The notes beneath the pieces were generated by a model, which saw only the letters and a program-made list of their open reading frames with translations, did no database searches and had not been told where the DNA came from. A stretch of DNA of 64,000 bases from the human T2T-CHM13v2.0 reference genome, Homo sapiens, in NCBI RefSeq assembly GCF_009914755.1, contig NC_060930.1. One strand, written 5' to 3'. The stretch's first letter is position 1. Every line of letters starts with the position of its first letter. The position numbers and the translations under genes are program-made. Of this stretch, positions 60,490-64,000 are shown piece after piece.

Positions 60490-61845
60490 ATAGTCTTATT
60501 TGAAGTTTCATTTTATTTCAGTCTATAAGTATTGCTATTTGTTTAAAGCACTCACATAAATCCATTTCACCCAAAAAGGAAACATAAAGTGCTTCTAGCA
60601 GTACAAGCACGGTTGGCATGGCCTTTCCAAAGGTCTTCCACTAGAGTCTAGAGAAATCTAAATATAGTCATCCACAAACTGGATGTTTTTATTTTCTGAG
60701 CCATTAGAGATTTTCAAAATCACTTTGATTTTTAAAAACTCATCAAATGTGAATCATGGCGGGGAAGACCACTGAGCTGATTTCTGATAACTAAGTTATC
60801 ACTGAACATAATTTATCATATATGGCTACTGGCATCATGAAGACCTTGGGATAGGGAAGACTCTTTATGAGAAATATAAACATCACTTGTGTAGGAATCA
60901 CCAGGTGTCCCTAGAGCAGTTTTGTACTAAAGACTTCTAGTGTTTACTCCCTCACCACGGTACTCCAGCCCAAGAGCCAAGAGCACAATGGTCAAACTCA
61001 CTGAAGGTTTTTACAACAGGAAACCAGTGGAGGTATTGTGAGGTACTACAACTTTGAGGCACAATCTAAATACTAAAAATGATTATGAAATCTTGAGTTG
61101 AGCTGATTGATGCCCTCTTAAATCCATTAATAATCCATGAAAGTGATTTCACATGCCTAGCCTGCTTTCTTTCTCACATGACAGCTGGGAGTATTAAATG
61201 AGATAAAGTTGCAGCCTAGCCCAGTGTCTGGGTACCATATCATTTCCTTCCTCCTCCCCTTTCCCAAATAAATAAGGTTAGTCCTTGAACTTTAAATGTA
61301 CTTTATAATAAGAAGAAATCACTTTTTCTATCAGTATCCTTGTCAGCATGATTTGAATTGCTCTCAAGAGTACCTACTCTTTTGTAAAATAAACACTTTG
61401 TACTTTACTGAAAGAACACTAGTGTTCTTTCCTTTCCGTTGTGAAAAAAGTTGTTTCTGAGGAATTGAAACCCCAGAAGATAACTACAACAAAAACATGT
61501 TAATTTTTTTTTAAAAATGATGATTCAAAGGCAGATTTGAAGGGAAGTAATATTTAGGTGGCAGAAGAAGGCAAATGCAGCCTCTGAAGGGAACTGTTCT
61601 AATTATTACCTAAAAAATAAAGTTACACAACTATATTCAAGGACATGAGATAAAGCACTGCTTGAAAACCAGAATGACTGAACAGTTAGGTGAAAAGGAA
61701 CAGCTGAAATAGGAAGGGGAAATGGACTGAAGAATAATTTGAATCGGGACAGTGATCCATCAGTCCTAGATGCTTCTGGTATGTAAATATCTTGAATCAC
61801 ATTGTTTCCTTTCTTCTGAAATCTCAAAGGAGAATTCTCACAGCA
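60490..61845 (-). other. GLO1: GLO1 3'UTR
   Basis: Repeat-free tract after the GLO1 stop codon, ending shortly past a minus-strand AATAAA with U/GU-rich sequence downstream. Confidence 0.8.
60512..60517 (-). terminator. GLO1: GLO1 distal poly(A) signal AATAAA
   Basis: tttatt on the plus strand; downstream U/GU-rich element. Confidence 0.7.
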
Positions 61846-61934
61846 CTACATTAAGGTTGCCATTTTGTTAGGATTCAAAATTTCAATCCAGTAGCCATCA
61901 GGATCTTGAATAAATGCCAGGCCTTTCATTTTAC
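61846..61934 (-). CDS. GLO1: Glyoxalase I (lactoylglutathione lyase), last coding exon
   Basis: Acceptor ttttacag|GT AAA ATG...; translates (G)[28 protein letters not shown], the GLO1 C-terminus with the catalytic Zn-ligand Glu in WIEIL. Too short for the ORF track. Confidence 0.96.
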
Positions 61935-61992
61935 CTGTAAAATGAAAATTTTCATTATTGAAAAGACTAAAAAAGAAAACACCATAAAAATG

Positions 61993-62265
61993 TTTTTCTT
62001 TCTTTGAGACAAGGTCTTGCTCTGAATGTCAGGCTGGAGTGCATGGGATGATCATGGCCCAAGGCAGGCTTGACCTCCTGAGCTCAGCCTGCCAAGTAGC
62101 TGGGGCGACAGGCACGCACCACCTTGCCTGGCTAATTTTTTGATTTTGTAGAGGCGGGATCTCAATGTACTGCCCAGGCTGCTATCAAACTCCTGGCCTC
62201 AAGCAATCCTCCTGCCTTGCCTCCCAAAGTGGTGGGATTACAAGCACAAACCACTGCACCTGGCC
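61993..62265 (-). mobile_element. AluJ in the GLO1 last intron
   Basis: Antisense, diverged dimer. Confidence 0.85.
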
Positions 62266-62850
62266 TTAAAAACTTTTATTAATTAAAGATTTACTTTGCA
62301 TTTTAATGAAGTACATTATTTTGTTTACAGTTTTAAATTTTAAAAATTCTTATTGTCAGAAAAGTATGAAAAGTCATACTTTTCATAATGACTAAAATGT
62401 TATCTTGCACACATTGCAAATACCAGCCCTCCTGAAATAAACTGTGGGACTGGCTGCATCTTTTAGGTATCAGGCATTTGCCTCACCTTCATGATACCAC
62501 ACTACCAGTTCAGTAGTTACAGAAATTGTCTTATTTTAAAGAAGAAAAAGAAAATAGGGAGGTGCTGAAGGGAGCTGGTAGCATGGCTTACCCCCACAAC
62601 CAAAAGACCCAGATGCTTGGGTCATACAAACCCTTTTAAATACTATCCTAGGCAACCCAAGCTCTGCGAGAGTCTTTCTCCCAGGAATTCAAAACTGAGA
62701 TTGAGAGTCTAGTATGTCAGAGCTGTTTGCTTAAATGGAAAAATATGACCTCAGAAATTTATTTGGGGACCATTATGTTGAATTGGTTTGACTCTTATCT
62801 CTGCCTCCTTTCTCCAAGATCAATCCTAGAGGAACATAGATGGAAAATGC

Positions 62851-63019
62851 AGGAAAAAGAAAGAAAGAGAGAAAGAGAAAGAGAAAGAGAAAGAGAAAGA
62901 GAGAAAGAGAGAAGGAAGGAAGGAGGGAGGGAAAGAGAGGAAGGAAGGAAGGAAAGAAGGAAGGAAGGAAGGAAAAGAAAAGGAAAAGAAAAGAAAAGAA
63001 AAGGAAAGAAAGAAAGAAA
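62851..63019 (+). repeat. Compound GA-rich microsatellite (GAGAAA/GGAA/GAAAA)
   Basis: About 170 bp of purines only. Confidence 0.95.
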
Positions 63020-63685
63020 CCCGGCTGGTGACAGCTGGGGAGAATGGGTGAGGATGGGGCCGGGTGACTGTTTTAACTTGGGCTGTGTGGGAGGTGGTAG
63101 TTCTGGCCTGGACCAGAAGGCAGTGCATAATGGCTGCGAGAGAACAGAGTTTTGCTCTTGTTCCTCCCTCACTGCTGTGTGCATCGGCACCTGCCCTCTC
63201 GCTTGTTCAGATGTCCTTACCAGTAAACAAGGGCAGTGCAGGAGCCTTGTGCTTGTGAGAAACTGAGAAAAACTGGTAGGGCCGAATGATCTCCCCAGCC
63301 CTCTCTCCACGCCCAGGGCTAGGGAATAACACTATCGGAAGTGTCTCCTACTAATACTCTTCCCTGAGGGATGAAGTGGGAAGATCCAACCTGAAGAGGT
63401 GTTTTGTGGAAGGTGAAATAAGTTTAAGTCTCATTTCTAGGTGCCTAGGAATCTCTGGCCTAGGCTTATCCAGCCCATTGTCCTGAGATCATGTGGGTTG
63501 TTAAGGACAGGGATCTGGCCATTCTCCTATTCACACTGCTTGATGTGTTAGAATAGCGAACAGTTGCAGGGGAAAAAAGCTCAGAGGCAAAAATAATAAT
63601 TTGAGAAACATAACCATAAAACACCCCCAAAGCAATGGACTGTAGATTCAAACAGAAGAAATATTAGAATAATGGACCAAGAGCT

Positions 63686-64000
63686 ATTTTTGTTTTTTTT
63701 CTGGAGACAGGGTCTTGCTCTGTCGTTTATACTGAAATGAAGTACAGTGGATCATAGCTCACTGCAGCCTCCAACTCCTGGGCCCAAGCAATCCTCCCAC
63801 CTCAGCCTCCCGAGTAGCTAGGCATACAGACTACAGGCATGTGCCACCATGCCCAGATAATTTAAAAAAAAACCTTTTTGTAGAAACAAGGTCTTCCTAT
63901 GTCACCCAGGCTGGAATGCAATGGCACAATCATAGCTCACTGCAGCCTTGAACTGCTGGCCTCAAGTGATCCTCCCGAACCTCCCAATCCTCTGCCTCGG
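63686..64000 (-). mobile_element. AluJ-derived sequence (rearranged or nested, runs off the window)
   Basis: Antisense Alu right arm followed by a second right-arm start at about 63900. Confidence 0.75.

Noticed and set aside
62359-62387. Short perfect hairpin tatgaaaagt-cat-acttttcata (similar ones at about 17120-17145 and 12371-12414)
   Set aside because: Stems are only 10-11 bp and mostly AT-rich; chance or slippage explains them, and rho-independent terminators do not apply here.
62727-63310. 179-aa and 171-aa ORFs
   Set aside because: Low-complexity translations of the GA microsatellite.

Overview
This is primate genomic DNA, almost certainly human (a great ape cannot be excluded). It is dense in Alu, L1, L2, MLT and MER repeats, and most ORF-track entries are repeat-derived noise. 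I recognise it as the BTBD9-GLO1 interval. The CpG island at about 23.9-24.9 kb holds BTBD9 exon 1 (minus strand, donor at 24334), so 1-24334 is BTBD9 intron 1. The last coding exon of GLO1 (61846-61934, minus; ...[28 protein letters not shown]) and its 3'UTR lie at the right end. The largest element is a near full-length, defective HERV9/LTR12F-type provirus (1064-9021). It has a GGAG TSD, splits an Alu monomer, lies antisense to BTBD9, has a tRNA-Pro-like PBS and carries a pol-env deletion. Also present are an old ERVL remnant with an internal inversion, a MER9 solo LTR, THE1, MADE1, MER8 and several local templated duplications or fold-backs. I cannot support a new biological system. The best leads are a possible divergent spliced RNA from the BTBD9 promoter, a possible non-AUG BTBD9 extension, the PBS-Pro HERV9 variant and a pre-miRNA-sized fold-back hairpin. 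Repeat subfamily names and most repeat boundaries were called by eye and are approximate.
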